64,000 nucleotides of DNA from Gammaproteobacteria bacterium (lineage in GTDB: Bacteria > Pseudomonadota > Gammaproteobacteria > UBA4575). The stretch is taken from contig CBDCTA010000018.1 in NCBI GenBank assembly GCA_965221955.1, positions 1 through 64,000 on the forward strand. Reading direction: 5' to 3'. The notes under the pieces were generated by a model. That model worked only from the letters and a program-made list of their open reading frames with translations. It made no database searches and was not told the origin of the DNA. Positions 1-11,211 of the stretch are shown here, one piece after another (the stretch's first letter is position 1; every line of letters starts with the position of its first letter). Both the position numbers and the translations under genes were made by a program.

Positions 1-754
1 ATCGATGCGATCAAGCACACCTCCATGGCCGGGCAAAATAGTACCGCTATCCTTAACGCCTGCCTTGCGCTTCAGCAAGCTTTCATATAGATCACCTACC
101 ACTGAAATTAATGCAGTAAACACACATAAGCCTATGAAGTAAATCCACACTTGTTTATCAATAGAAAATATTTGAATTCCAACACACGCTATTATGATAG
201 AAGCAACAAATGCGCCTAAAACTCCTTCACGCGATTTACCAGGACTGAGTTCTGGTGCCAATTTATTTTTACCAATTCGCTTACCAACAAAATAAGCAGC
301 TATATCTGCTGCCCAAATTAACGCTAAGAAAAACATGAGCATTGCAACACTATGGCTATGCAACTTAGCAGAGCGCAAGCCAAGCAGGAACTAAAACTAT
401 AAATCCTGAATACTTTAAAAGTGTTTGCAATAATTCTGACTGCAACCATGATGACTGATACAAGGTTAACATCACCACAACCACTACCCACCACAAACTT
501 GCTAATAGTAATACGATGTTTTCTTCTTCAGGTTGCAGAAAAAACCATATCGCTAAAATAAATAACCCCACTAAAGTAACGTACAAAAATTTTTTAGTGG
601 TATATCGAATATTAACTAAATTTGACCATTCCCAAGCACCTATAAGTGTTATTGCAGCAAATACGATTGCGAGCAATGGATTTGATAATTTAAAAATCGC
701 TAAAATAATAAGTGGCCCAATAATTGCCGCTGTAATGACTCTTTGTTTTAACAT
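1..754 (-). CDS. cdsA: Phosphatidate cytidylyltransferase; runs off the window; +1 frameshift near 370
   Basis: ATG at 754 gives MLKQRVITAA. After ...VPAWLAL the reading continues in another frame as AKLHSHSVAMLMFFLALIWAADIAAYFVGK...SPGKSREG...GDLYESLLKRKAGVKDSGTILPGHGGVLDRID, the CdsA signature. Follows uppS. Confidence 0.93.
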
Positions 755-758
755 CAGT

Positions 759-1484
759 TTAGCCCGCAAGCTGCTCTTGCGTGCGCCCAAATCTTCTTTG
801 TCTGGAACGATAAGATTCAAACGCCTTATGTAATTCATCTGGAGTAAATTCCGGCCACAACACTTCACTAAAATAAAGTTCCGTATAAGCAAGTTGCCAT
901 AATAGAAAATTACTGATGCGTTGCTCACCACCAGTGCGAATAAATAAATCTGGCACAGGCATCTCTTTAGTTGCTAACCTCGACTGCAATACCTGTTCAT
1001 TAAGATCATTTATCTTTAACACTCCATTCTGACATTCTCTAATTAAGGTTTTAGTCGCCTGCAAAATGTCCCACTTACCACCATAGTTAACTGCAATGTT
1101 TAAATATAACTTATCGTTGTTAGCTGTAAGTTGTTCAGCTTGCTGCATTTGCCGGGAAAGTTTTTTAGAAAAAGCATCCACTTGTCCTAAAAATTTTAGC
1201 TTTACACCGTTCTCTGCCAAATTTTGTACTTCATTTTCTAAAGAACGCAAAAATAACTCCATTAGCGCAGAAACTTCATTTTTAGGTCTATTCCAATTTT
1301 CACTACTGAAAGCAAATAACGTTAGGTACTTTACACCAGCCTCTCCACTGGCTTTAATAACTTCCTGCGTGGCTTTTACTCCTTCTTTATGCCCTGCAGT
1401 TCGTGGCAATTTACGTTGCTTTGCCCATCTACCATTACCATCCATGATAATGGCAACATGATTTGGAACAATCTCATCAGCCAT
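759..1484 (-). CDS. uppS: Undecaprenyl diphosphate synthase
   Basis: HVAIIMDGNGRWA, FSSENW and IRTGGEQRISNFLLWQ motifs. Confidence 0.97.
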   Translation of the reverse strand: MADEIVPNHVAIIMDGNGRWAKQRKLPRTAGHKEGVKATQEVIKASGEAGVKYLTLFAFSSENWNRPKNEVSALMELFLRSLENEVQNLAENGVKLKFLGQVDAFSKKLSRQMQQAEQLTANNDKLYLNIAVNYGGKWDILQATKTLIRECQNGVLKINDLNEQVLQSRLATKEMPVPDLFIRTGGEQRISNFLLWQLAYTELYFSEVLWPEFTPDELHKAFESYRSRQRRFGRTQEQLAG

Positions 1485-1539
1485 CTATAAAAAGTAAATA
1501 AGGAAAGGTGAATTTGCGAAAATACAGTCTAGATAATAA

Positions 1540-2097
1540 CTAAACTTCCATGAGATCTTTTTCTTTTTGCTCCAAGATCGTTTCAATCTCAGCAATAAAC
1601 TCATCAGTTAACTTTTGAATCTCATCTTGAGCTTGATGGTCTTCATCTTGAGAAATTTCTTTTTCTTTTAATAGCTCTTTAAAGTCCGCATTCGCATCAC
1701 GGCGAATATTACGAATCGCAATACGTCCCTTTTCAGCCTCCTGTTTAACCACTTTGACTAAATCTTTACGTCGCTCTTCCGTTAAAGGCGGCATCGCAAT
1801 ACGAATCACGTTACCTGCTGTAGTGGGGTTCAAACCTAGATCAGAACTCATAATTGCTTTTTCAATTTCTGGCACTAAAGCATTTTCCCAAGGTGTAACT
1901 GCGATCGTGCGCGCATCTTCCACAGCAACAGTAGCTGCTTGGTTGATTGGCACCTTATTTCCATAGTATTCAACCATTACATGATCTAGCAATCGCGCAT
2001 TGGCACGCCCTGTGCGCACTTTAGAAAGCTCATTTGATAGCGCATCGATACTTTTGCGCATACGTTGTTTAGCATCTTGTTTAATCTCTTCTATCAC
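1540..2097 (-). CDS. frr: Ribosome recycling factor
   Basis: [17 protein letters not shown] and IRNIRRDAN motifs; position after pyrH. Confidence 0.97.
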   Translation of the reverse strand: MIEEIKQDAKQRMRKSIDALSNELSKVRTGRANARLLDHVMVEYYGNKVPINQAATVAVEDARTIAVTPWENALVPEIEKAIMSSDLGLNPTTAGNVIRIAMPPLTEERRKDLVKVVKQEAEKGRIAIRNIRRDANADFKELLKEKEISQDEDHQAQDEIQKLTDEFIAEIETILEQKEKDLMEV

Positions 2098-2099
2098 GA

Positions 2100-2826
2100 C
2101 TATGCTCCAGTAACTTCAGTTCCTATATTTTCGCCTTGAATAATTTTTGTAAAATCCCCTTGCTTGAATAAATTAAATACTCGTAATGGAATTTTGTTGT
2201 CTCTACATAAGACTAAAGCAGTTGCATCCATAACACCGAGTTTTTGATGTATTGCATCATCAAAATCTATTTTGTCATAACGTTTTGCATTTGGGTTTTT
2301 ATGCGGATCGTCATCATAAACACCATCTACCTTGGTAGCCTTAAGCATAATGTCTGCATTAATTTCTGAGGCGCGCAAACTCGCTGCTGAATCCGTTGTA
2401 AAATAAGGATTACCTGTTCCCGCAGCAAATACCACTACACGACCTTTTTCAAGATGTCTCACTGCGCGTCTACGAATATAATCCTCACAAACCTGATTAA
2501 TTTTTACTGCGGACATTACGCGACAATACACATTCAAATTTTCCAACGCATCTTGCAAGGCTAGACTATTCATTACTGTTGCCAGCATGCCCATATGATC
2601 AGCAGTCACGCGATCCATGCCCGCTTGCGCTAGACCCGCACCACGAAAGATATTACCACCACCAATTACGATCGCGACTTGTACCCCAAGTTGACTCAAC
2701 ATGTGCAATCTCAGCGCCGATGCGTGAAATAACTTCAGGATCAATACCGTAATCATATTGTCCCATCAATGCTTCACCGCTAAGTTTCAGCAAAACTCGT
2801 TTATATTTCAGGCTGTCTTCAGGCAT
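2100..2826 (-). CDS. pyrH: UMP kinase with +1 frameshift near 2700
   Basis: N-terminus [15 protein letters not shown] is in ORF 2653..2850; the remainder ([24 protein letters not shown]) is in ORF 2100..2756. One extra base at GCACATGTTG joins them. Confidence 0.93.
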
Positions 2827-2858
2827 TTCTATATTTTCAACTACTTGCATTTGATATC

Positions 2859-2899
2859 AAGACATAAAAAAAGGGGCGTTGCCCCTTTTTTTATGTCTT
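2859..2899 (-). terminator. Intrinsic terminator after tsf
   Basis: Perfect inverted repeat AAGACATAAAAAAAGGGGC-GTT-GCCCCTTTTTTTATGTCTT with T tracts on both strands. Confidence 0.85.
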
Positions 2900-2900
2900 C

Positions 2901-3776
2901 TTAATTTTTCATATCATCGATTTGTTTTTGCACCTCATCTGCAAAGTTCTCAGACCTTTTCTCAAGACCTTCACCCACTTCATAGCGAATGAATTTATTA
3001 ACCGATGCATTGGCCCCTTTCAAATACTTTTCAACACTCAAGCTATCATCTTTCACGAATGCTTGTCCTAGCAAAGTATTTTCTTTGAGGAATTTATTAA
3101 CTTTACCCAATACCATTTTTTCAACAATCTCAGGCGGCTTGCCACTTTCATCTGCTTGAGCCTTTGCGATGTCTCGCTCTTTTTCGAGCACATCTTCAGG
3201 CACTTCTTTTTCACTGATACAGATTGGATTCACCGCAGCAATATGCATCGCAACATCTTTACCCACTTCGTCATTGCCAGAATGAGCCACCAACACACCA
3301 ATACGTTTACCATGAGCATAACTTGATACAGCAGCATCTGAATTTAATTTATCAAAACGACGTACTTTAATGTTTTCACCAATCTTGGTGACCAGCTCAA
3401 GTCTTGCTTGTTCAACCGTTTGCCCAGACGGCATGACGGTATCATTTAATTCTTCTACACTGTACATATCACTCTGCAACACCATCTCTGCAAGCTGCTT
3501 TGAAAAGCTTTGAAATTGATCATCTTTAGCCACAAAGTCCGTTTCACAATTCACCTCAATGACTGCAGCCTGTTTGTCATTACTTGCTATGGCTATCGTG
3601 CCTTCTGCAGCAATGCGCCCTGCTTTTTTATCTGCTTTAGCTTGACCAGATTTACGCATCTGCTCAACAGCGGCTTCCATGTCGCCACTACAGTCCGTTA
3701 GCGCTTTTTTACATTCCATCATTCCTGCGCCAGTACGCTCGCGCAGCTCTTTTACCATTGTTGCTGATATTTGCAT
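2901..3776 (-). CDS. tsf: Elongation factor Ts
   Basis: VKELRERTGAGMMECKKAL and EVNCETDFVA motifs. Confidence 0.98.
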   Translation of the reverse strand: MQISATMVKELRERTGAGMMECKKALTDCSGDMEAAVEQMRKSGQAKADKKAGRIAAEGTIAIASNDKQAAVIEVNCETDFVAKDDQFQSFSKQLAEMVLQSDMYSVEELNDTVMPSGQTVEQARLELVTKIGENIKVRRFDKLNSDAAVSSYAHGKRIGVLVAHSGNDEVGKDVAMHIAAVNPICISEKEVPEDVLEKERDIAKAQADESGKPPEIVEKMVLGKVNKFLKENTLLGQAFVKDDSLSVEKYLKGANASVNKFIRYEVGEGLEKRSENFADEVQKQIDDMKN

Positions 3777-3815
3777 TACTTTTTCCAGATTATTAATTAA
3801 TTATGGTTTAAATAT

Positions 3816-5072
3816 TTATTCAGTTAACACAGCAGGCAAACTTTTTGCCTCTTTAATCCACGCATCAATAACTGACTCTTCAGGAACACTTGGCGCTAAT
3901 GATTTCTCAGCATTAGTTGCCTGCAGCTTGGTCAATACATCCGCAGCACTTGCTGCTGCAAGATCACCTATGCTGTTATAACCACTTACTTCTAACAGCT
4001 CTGCCTCGTTACCCGCTACACCAGATATACGGAAGAAATCGCCCATCTTCACCCAACGATCTAAAGATTTTGCATTCAGACCAGTAGATTCTGCACATGC
4101 CGCACGCGTTTCTGCTGAAGCGCATTGCTCTAGTAAGTCTTCAACGGAAGAAATACCAAATTTGTTTAAGGCTTCGCCGTATTTAGGTCCAATACCTTCG
4201 ATATCTGTTATCTTAGTACCATCACTTTTCTTACTTTCAGCACTTACTGGCTTCTCAGTAGATTTAGGTGCTGCTTTTTTCTTAACGGTAACTTTTTGCT
4301 TTGGTTTTGCTTTAGTCGTTTGTTGTGCAACTTTTCCAGATTCATCCACTTCAACAAATTCATCTTCATTGCCACCTGCCATAACACGTGCACTTTCTTT
4401 TCCTTCGCTAATCGCATCCGCGATATTCGCTGAATATAGTTTAATTGCTCGAATTGCATCATCATTACCCGGAATCACATAGTCCACACCGTCTGCTTTA
4501 TTATTCGTATCCACAATAGCGACGACAGGAATGCCAAGTTTGTTTGCTTCCTTTACTGCAATGGCTTCGTAACCTACATCAATTACAAATAAAACATCAG
4601 GTAATGAAGACATATTCTTAATGCCGCCTAAACTGCGCTCTAATTTGAATAACTCACGACGTAGTTCAAGCACTTCTTTTTTACTAAGTCTTTCTATTCC
4701 ATCACCACTTACCATTTGCTCAAGATCATGCAAACGTTGAATTGATTTCTTAACCGTATTGAAGTTAGTTAACATGCCTCCTAACCAACGGTGGTTAACA
4801 TAAGGCATGCTACAGCGAATGGCTTCTTCACGTACTGCATCTCGTGCTGAACGTTTTGTTCCTACAAATAAAACCGTGCCGCGATTTGCAGCCATATTGC
4901 CAAGAAAAGTTGCCGCATCCAGAAACATCGGCAAGGTTTTCTCAAGGTTAATAATATGAATTTTGTTACGTTCTCCGAAAATGTAAGGACTCATCTTCGG
5001 GTTCCAATAACGGGTCTGATGACCAAAATGCACGCCAGCCTCTAACATCTGGCGCATGGTGACGCTAGTCAT
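3816..5072 (-). CDS. rpsB: 30S ribosomal protein S2 with Lys/Pro-rich linker and C-terminal DUF4332-like HhH domain
   Basis: S2 core (GVHFGHQT...[15 protein letters not shown]) occupies about aa 1-230, followed by about 190 extra aa including [11 protein letters not shown] and [14 protein letters not shown]. Confidence 0.95.
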   Translation of the reverse strand: MTSVTMRQMLEAGVHFGHQTRYWNPKMSPYIFGERNKIHIINLEKTLPMFLDAATFLGNMAANRGTVLFVGTKRSARDAVREEAIRCSMPYVNHRWLGGMLTNFNTVKKSIQRLHDLEQMVSGDGIERLSKKEVLELRRELFKLERSLGGIKNMSSLPDVLFVIDVGYEAIAVKEANKLGIPVVAIVDTNNKADGVDYVIPGNDDAIRAIKLYSANIADAISEGKESARVMAGGNEDEFVEVDESGKVAQQTTKAKPKQKVTVKKKAAPKSTEKPVSAESKKSDGTKITDIEGIGPKYGEALNKFGISSVEDLLEQCASAETRAACAESTGLNAKSLDRWVKMGDFFRISGVAGNEAELLEVSGYNSIGDLAAASAADVLTKLQATNAEKSLAPSVPEESVIDAWIKEAKSLPAVLTE

Positions 5073-5089
5073 TATATGTTTTACTCCTA

Positions 5090-5166
5090 TGGGTTAAACC
5101 TCCGTATACCCCATGTGGAAACTCATCAGAGCACCCAACCACATGTGACGATATACGTGTGAATTT
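5090..5166 (-). ncRNA. rpsB 5' leader (t44/tff-like S2 autoregulatory RNA)
   Basis: Minus strand reads CACACGTATATCGTCACATGTGGTTGGGTGC...CACATGGGGTATACGGAGGTTTAACCC, matching the architecture of the enterobacterial rpsB leader from memory; directly upstream of rpsB. Confidence 0.75.
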
Positions 5167-5197
5167 AAATTATGCGAACTCGGCGATTTGCCTTGTG

Positions 5198-5217
5198 TGC
5201 GGGCGCTTTATAACATG
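5198..5217 (-). promoter_or_regulatory. rpsB extended -10 promoter with GC-rich discriminator
   Basis: Minus strand CATGTTATAAAGCGCCCGC (TGn-TATAAA followed by GCGCCC), like the conserved gammaproteobacterial rpsB promoter. Confidence 0.6.
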
Positions 5218-5294
5218 ATTGCTTATTCAGAACAATTACTTAGACAAACTATTCACTCAGCTACCAGACACCAACTACCACAAACCCTTCAAGT

Positions 5295-6062
5295 ATGAGC
5301 GTTACGATCAAAAACCCAGACGAAATTGAGAAAATGCGGGTAGCAGGAAAGCTCGCCTCTGAGGTGCTAGAAATGATTGAACCACATGTAAAACCAGGAG
5401 TAAGCACGCAGGAACTAGATCGTATTTGCCATGATTTCATCGTAAATGAGCTACAAGCTATTCCAGCACCTCTTAACTATCGTGGATTCCCAAAATCTAT
5501 TTGCACATCAGTAAATCATCAAGTTTGTCATGGTATTCCAGGCGATCGTACGCTTAAAAATGGCGACATTCTGAATGTCGATATCACCATCATTAAAGAT
5601 GGGTTTCATGGTGATACCAGCAAAATGTTTTTACTTGGCAAACCCACTGTACTTGCCCAACGTTTGGTTGATCTCACCTATGAGGCATTGAAGATTGGAA
5701 TTCAATCCGTCAAACCTGGCGCAACACTCGGAGACATTGGACACCAAATTCAAAGCTTCGTGGAAAAAAATCGCTGTTCGGTGGTGCGCGAATATTGTGG
5801 TCACGGTATTGGTCGAATGTTTCATGAAGACCCACAAGTTTTGCATTATGGAAAACCTAACTCTGGTATAGAATTACAAGCTGGTATGACCTTTACCATT
5901 GAACCCATGGTGAATGCTGGAAAGCGAAATGTTCGATTACTTCCCGACGGCTGGACTGTAGTCACTAAAGATCATAGCTTGTCTGCCCAATGGGAACACA
6001 CCATTTTAGTTACTGATAATGGTTATGAAGTACTCACATTGCGCAGTGACGAAAACCTATAA
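5295..6062 (+). CDS. map: Methionine aminopeptidase type I
   Basis: CTSVNHQVCHGIP, GHGIG...FHE, FTIEPM and SAQWEHT motifs. Confidence 0.98.
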   Translation: MSVTIKNPDEIEKMRVAGKLASEVLEMIEPHVKPGVSTQELDRICHDFIVNELQAIPAPLNYRGFPKSICTSVNHQVCHGIPGDRTLKNGDILNVDITIIKDGFHGDTSKMFLLGKPTVLAQRLVDLTYEALKIGIQSVKPGATLGDIGHQIQSFVEKNRCSVVREYCGHGIGRMFHEDPQVLHYGKPNSGIELQAGMTFTIEPMVNAGKRNVRLLPDGWTVVTKDHSLSAQWEHTILVTDNGYEVLTLRSDENL

Positions 6063-6107
6063 ACAAATTCTTATCTTTTCGCTTCACTCTTCGCGTCTAC
6101 AGCTCGC

Positions 6108-8792
6108 ATGATCAAACTAAATGTTTTTGAAGAACTAGAGCCAAACTCACCATTACTGAAGTTTTTAAAACCAAATTCTTCATCAGAGCTTTGTGTATCG
6201 GACTATAAAGAATTTGGAAATGAATTATTTGCGTTGCTGAGAAATCGTTTTAATAAAGACTCTGATATTTATTACTTAATTTCACTCAATACCTGCATCG
6301 TTGATGAATTATTAAAAAACGTTTGGAATCATTTTGGTTTTCCAAAACACCAAGCCGCACTTGTGGCGATTGGTGGCTATGGTCGTCGTGAAATGTTTCC
6401 AGGCTCCGACATTGATATCATGATCGTCTTAGAAGAGAATGCAGACTCAGCGCTCACATCTAAAGTTGAAAGCTTCCTAACCTTTCTTTGGGACATTAAC
6501 CTTCCCATTGCACAGTCGGTGCGCACAACCAAAGAATGTATGATTGAAGCCAAGAACGATGTCACCATAATGACTAGTTTAATGGAACATTACTTTTTAG
6601 CGGGCAATCAAACGCTTTACAAAACTTTTGTGGCTTTAATTCAAAACCGCAAGATATGGCCGAGTAAAAAATATTTTAAAGAAAAATTTATTGAACTAAA
6701 AAGTCGACATAAAAAATTTGGTGATACCGCAAACCATCTAGAACCTAATGTAAAAGAGAATCCAGGGGGGTTACGTGATATACACACATTGCGGTGGTTG
6801 ACAAACCGTCATTTCAATACCTATTCATTTGAAGAACTTGTTGATATTCAATTCTTTTCAAAAAATGAAATGGATATTTTATTAAAAGTTTATAAAGTTA
6901 TCGCAAAAGTTAGATTTGCATTGCACTTACATCTAGGCAGAGGCGAAGACCGTCTATTGTTTGACTATCAGCATGATGTTGCCACTCTATTAGGCTTTAC
7001 GAATGAAAATCGCAATCAACGTGTTGAAGAGTTTATGCAAACATTTTACCGAGCTAGCAATCAACTTTCTACTTTAGCTGAGATTATCATTAATCGCTTA
7101 CAATCTGCGATCTTTCCTTCAATCTTTAAACGCAGAACAAAAAAACTTAACGATCGCTTTCAGTCTCGCGCTAATTTACTCGAAGCCACTGAGGAAAATA
7201 TTTTTAAGGACCAGCCTGGTGCTATTCTAGAGCTGTTTAACCTTTTGCAAACAAATAAAAATTTGCAGGGACCGAGCGATAAACTGATTCAGCAGATCAG
7301 CGAGCATTTATACATCATAGATGAAAATTTTAGAAACGACCCTGAAAATCGAAAACTGTTTATGAGAATTTTGCAGGACGCAAAAATTAACAGCAGAGAA
7401 GTTCGCCGCATGGCGCAGTTAGGTGTGTTAGGCAAATATTGGCCTAGCTTTGATGCAATAACGGGAAGAATGCAATTCGATTTATTCCATATCTACACCG
7501 TTGAAGAACACACATTAAGTGTATTTAGCAATGCCTGTCAATTTAGCGATGCAACTGCTGAGGGTGAGTTTGCAACCTATCACGACATCTTTATTCAAAC
7601 ACCGAAAGCGATTGTTCTATATCTTGCCGCACTGTTTCATGACATCGCTAAAGGGCGTGATGGCGACCATTCAGAACTAGGTGAACATGAAGCCAGAGGC
7701 TTTTGCCTAAAACATGGCTTAGGTACATTCGATGCTAACTTAGTTGGCTGGCTAGTAAAAAGTCATTTGATGATGTCGATGACTGCACAAAATCGCGATA
7801 TTGACGACCCAACTGTTATTAACAAATTTGCTGAAAACGTTGGCAACTTAACAAGGCTAAATTACCTTTACTTACTTACAATAGCAGATATCCGCGGCAC
7901 GAATCCAAAACTTTGGAATGGCTGGCGCAGTTCCTTGCTTTCTGACCTCTATCAAAAAACTGCAAAAATTTTACGTCGCGGTTTAGACTCGCCCATAAAA
8001 CATGAAGAGTTAATCAATGAAGTTAAAGGTTCAGCACTACAAAAATTGGCCGAAATAGGTATCTCTGAAATAGATTCTTTATCTTTATGGAGTGAACTTG
8101 AAGATGAATATTTCTTGCGTTACTCAGATGAAGAGGTAATGCGCCACACACAAGCAATATTAGAACAAAGCAATAAAGATGATATTGTTGTTAAAATTCA
8201 TCAATATAGTGCCCGCGGCGCAACTGAAATCTTTGTTTACTGCAATGACCGTAATTACTTGTTTGCACACATCACCGCTACCTTAGCAAAGCTTGGTCTT
8301 TCCATTGCACACGCCAGAATCATTACCTCAAACAAAGGCCATGCATTAGATACTTTCTTGGTATTAGACAGTCATGGACATGCCATTAATGACGAGAAAC
8401 AATGCAAACTTGTTGAACATGAAATTAAACAAGCGCTTAATCATCCCGAACAAGTTAGTACCACTTTCAGTCATGGCTTATCAAGACAAGTTCGAGAATT
8501 GCAAGTACCACTCGAAATTTATTTCGAGGATGACAAGAATTTTGCATATACGATCTTAGAAATCAAGGCACCTGATTTTTCTGGATTGCTCGCTAGCTTA
8601 GGAAATGCTTTTATTGATTGTGATGTTGCTGTTCATAATGCACGTATCTCAAAACTAGGTGAACGTGTGCACAATATTTTTAAACTAAGTAATCTTGATA
8701 ACTCTGCACTTAATGAGGAACAACAAAACAATCTTGCAGAAGTCATTAGAGGGTATTTACAACAACCCAAGCAAATTGCACTCGCCGTGTAA
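6108..8792 (+). CDS. glnD: [Protein-PII] uridylyltransferase
   Basis: AIGGYGR...SDIDI nucleotidyltransferase, EPNVKENPGGLRD, HD domain (LFHDIAKGR) and C-terminal ACT domains. Confidence 0.97.
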   Translation: MIKLNVFEELEPNSPLLKFLKPNSSSELCVSDYKEFGNELFALLRNRFNKDSDIYYLISLNTCIVDELLKNVWNHFGFPKHQAALVAIGGYGRREMFPGSDIDIMIVLEENADSALTSKVESFLTFLWDINLPIAQSVRTTKECMIEAKNDVTIMTSLMEHYFLAGNQTLYKTFVALIQNRKIWPSKKYFKEKFIELKSRHKKFGDTANHLEPNVKENPGGLRDIHTLRWLTNRHFNTYSFEELVDIQFFSKNEMDILLKVYKVIAKVRFALHLHLGRGEDRLLFDYQHDVATLLGFTNENRNQRVEEFMQTFYRASNQLSTLAEIIINRLQSAIFPSIFKRRTKKLNDRFQSRANLLEATEENIFKDQPGAILELFNLLQTNKNLQGPSDKLIQQISEHLYIIDENFRNDPENRKLFMRILQDAKINSREVRRMAQLGVLGKYWPSFDAITGRMQFDLFHIYTVEEHTLSVFSNACQFSDATAEGEFATYHDIFIQTPKAIVLYLAALFHDIAKGRDGDHSELGEHEARGFCLKHGLGTFDANLVGWLVKSHLMMSMTAQNRDIDDPTVINKFAENVGNLTRLNYLYLLTIADIRGTNPKLWNGWRSSLLSDLYQKTAKILRRGLDSPIKHEELINEVKGSALQKLAEIGISEIDSLSLWSELEDEYFLRYSDEEVMRHTQAILEQSNKDDIVVKIHQYSARGATEIFVYCNDRNYLFAHITATLAKLGLSIAHARIITSNKGHALDTFLVLDSHGHAINDEKQCKLVEHEIKQALNHPEQVSTTFSHGLSRQVRELQVPLEIYFEDDKNFAYTILEIKAPDFSGLLASLGNAFIDCDVAVHNARISKLGERVHNIFKLSNLDNSALNEEQQNNLAEVIRGYLQQPKQIALAV

Positions 8793-8804
8793 TCGAGTCA
8801 TGCT

Positions 8805-9998
8805 ATGAATCCAAATTTACAAAAACTACAAACCTATCCTTTCGAGAAATTGAATGAATTACTCGAACATGAAAAACCTAACCAAAATCTTTCACCGATT
8901 TCCTTAGCTATAGGTGAACCCAAGCATAAAACTCCCTCAATAATCAAAGACACATTAGCAAATAATTTAGACCAACTCGCTAAATACCCAAGCACTAAAG
9001 GTTCTATTGAGCTACGTAATACTTGTGCAAATTGGACAGTTGATCGATTTCATTTAGACACAAATACTGTCAACGCAGATAATCTATTACCCGTTAACGG
9101 CACACGCGAAGCATTATTTGCTTTAGCACAATGTGTCATCGACCCCAGCCAAGAGCCCATAGTATTAATCCCCAATCCTTTTTATCAGATTTATGAAGGT
9201 GCCGCCCTGTTAGCAGGTGCGGAACCTGTGTACTACGACTGCAAAGTTAACAACGGCGATATCCCTGCACTGTGGGAAATTAGCGATGACATCTGGAAGC
9301 GTTGCCAACTCATATATATATGTACCCCAGGTAATCCTACTGGCTCTGTAGCTTCAGCAAGCACACTTCAAAAACTGATTGAATATTCACAACAACACCA
9401 CTTTGTGATTGCTTCCGACGAATGTTATTCAGAAATCTACTCTCCTAGCTCAACCCCACCCATGGGTTTACTTCATCATGCACAAGCTATGGGTAATGAA
9501 AATTTTCAAAACTGCATGGCTTTTTATAGTTTATCGAAAAGATCTAATGCACCTGGCTTACGTTCCGGTTTTGTAGCTGGATCAACAGTGCTTATAGAAC
9601 AGTTTTTCCAATATCGAACCTATCATGGTTGCGCGATGCCACTCTCAACACAAGCGGCGAGCATGACTGCCTGGTCCGATGAGCATCATGTAGAATCTAA
9701 TCGCCAACAATATGAGCAAAAGTTCCAGTCAGTCATCGAAATTCTCAATCCTGTACTTACATGCCAAAAGCCGGATGCAGGCTTTTATCTTTGGCCTGAA
9801 CTTCCCATAGATGAAATAGAATTTTGCAAACTGCTTTATTCCAATAAAAATGTCCTAAGCCTTCCAGGAAGCTACCTGGCTAGAGAGGTTAATGGTTATA
9901 ACCCAGGCAAAAACCGTGTACGCTTAGCGCTGGTTGCCCAACTCAATGAATGCACGGAAGCAGCCAAACGAATAAGAGAATTACTCGAAGAACTATAA
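8805..9998 (+). CDS. dapC: Succinyldiaminopimelate transaminase
   Basis: YPFEKL, NGTREALF, SDECYSE and SLSKRSNAPGLRSG; adjacent to dapD. Confidence 0.92.
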   Translation: MNPNLQKLQTYPFEKLNELLEHEKPNQNLSPISLAIGEPKHKTPSIIKDTLANNLDQLAKYPSTKGSIELRNTCANWTVDRFHLDTNTVNADNLLPVNGTREALFALAQCVIDPSQEPIVLIPNPFYQIYEGAALLAGAEPVYYDCKVNNGDIPALWEISDDIWKRCQLIYICTPGNPTGSVASASTLQKLIEYSQQHHFVIASDECYSEIYSPSSTPPMGLLHHAQAMGNENFQNCMAFYSLSKRSNAPGLRSGFVAGSTVLIEQFFQYRTYHGCAMPLSTQAASMTAWSDEHHVESNRQQYEQKFQSVIEILNPVLTCQKPDAGFYLWPELPIDEIEFCKLLYSNKNVLSLPGSYLAREVNGYNPGKNRVRLALVAQLNECTEAAKRIRELLEEL

Positions 9999-10022
9999 AT
10001 ATTAAGTACTGCAGGAGAGATC

Positions 10023-10850
10023 ATGCCCAACCAAGTAAAAGATGTCATTGAAAAAGCATTTGAAAATCGCGCCGACATCACCCCATCTAACACTGACCCT
10101 GAAGTTCGCAAAGCAGTCGAAGAAACTTTAAATCAAGTCGATTCAGGCGCACTCCGAGTTGCCGAAAAACAGGGCGACGATTGGGTAGTTAACGAATGGA
10201 TCAAAAAAGCCGTCTTGCTTTCATTCCGTATGAATGAAAATGAAATCATGGACGCCGGCTATACAAAATACTATGACAAAGTAAATCCAAAGTTTTCACA
10301 AATGAGTAATGATGAAATTAAACAAGCCGGCGTGCGGATTGTTCCAAATGCAATGGTACGTCATGGTGCATATGTAGCACCCGATACTGTGTTGATGCCC
10401 AGCTATGTAAATATTGGTGCTTATGTTGATTCGGGCACTATGGTAGACACCTGGGCCACGGTAGGTTCCTGTGCACAAATTGGTAAAAATGTTCACCTTT
10501 CTGGCGGTGTAGGTATAGGTGGTGTATTAGAACCCTTACAAGCCGCACCAACGATAATTGAAGATAATTGCTTTATCGGCGCCCGCTCCGAAGTAGTTGA
10601 AGGTGTCATTGTAGAACAAGGCTCGGTCATTTCTATGGGTGTGTACATTGGCAAAAGTACAAAAATTTACAACCGTGAAACGGGCGAAGTAACATTCGGA
10701 CGAATACCTGCAGGCTCTGTTGTCGTTTCAGGCAACCTTCCTTCAAAAGATGGAAAATATAGTTTGTACTGCGCTGTTATCGTAAAACAGGTTGACGAGA
10801 AAACACGTAGCAAAGTCGGTATTAATGAATTATTACGTTCAATAGATTAA
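10023..10850 (+). CDS. dapD: Tetrahydrodipicolinate N-succinyltransferase
   Basis: [25 protein letters not shown] and GGVLEPLQA motifs. Confidence 0.97.
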   Translation: MPNQVKDVIEKAFENRADITPSNTDPEVRKAVEETLNQVDSGALRVAEKQGDDWVVNEWIKKAVLLSFRMNENEIMDAGYTKYYDKVNPKFSQMSNDEIKQAGVRIVPNAMVRHGAYVAPDTVLMPSYVNIGAYVDSGTMVDTWATVGSCAQIGKNVHLSGGVGIGGVLEPLQAAPTIIEDNCFIGARSEVVEGVIVEQGSVISMGVYIGKSTKIYNRETGEVTFGRIPAGSVVVSGNLPSKDGKYSLYCAVIVKQVDEKTRSKVGINELLRSID

Positions 10851-10852
10851 AT

Positions 10853-11197
10853 ATGCTGAAAATTTATGGCATTCCAAATTGTGACCAAATCAAAAAAACT
10901 CAAAAATGGTTGTCTGATCATAAAATCAAATTTGAACTGCATGATTACAAAAAACTAGGCGTTACAAAAAAGCAACTAACAGACTGGTGCAAATTAGTTG
11001 GTTGGGAAATACTGCTAAATAAACGCAGTCGAACTTGGAAAGAGCTGTCCGAGAAAAATCGATCTAACCTCACTCAAACTAAGGCGATCAATTTAATGCA
11101 ACAGTATCCAACCTTGATCAAACGCCCTGTTGTCCAGAAAGATAAAATCGTCTTAGTTGGATTTAATAGTAAAATATTTGCACAAAAACTTAAGTAG
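10853..11197 (+). CDS. ArsC/Spx family protein (YffB-like)
   Basis: IYGIPNCD and PTLIKRPV motifs; usual position before dapE. Confidence 0.88.
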   Translation: MLKIYGIPNCDQIKKTQKWLSDHKIKFELHDYKKLGVTKKQLTDWCKLVGWEILLNKRSRTWKELSEKNRSNLTQTKAINLMQQYPTLIKRPVVQKDKIVLVGFNSKIFAQKLK

Positions 11198-11211
11198 TAA
11201 TTTAAATAACC

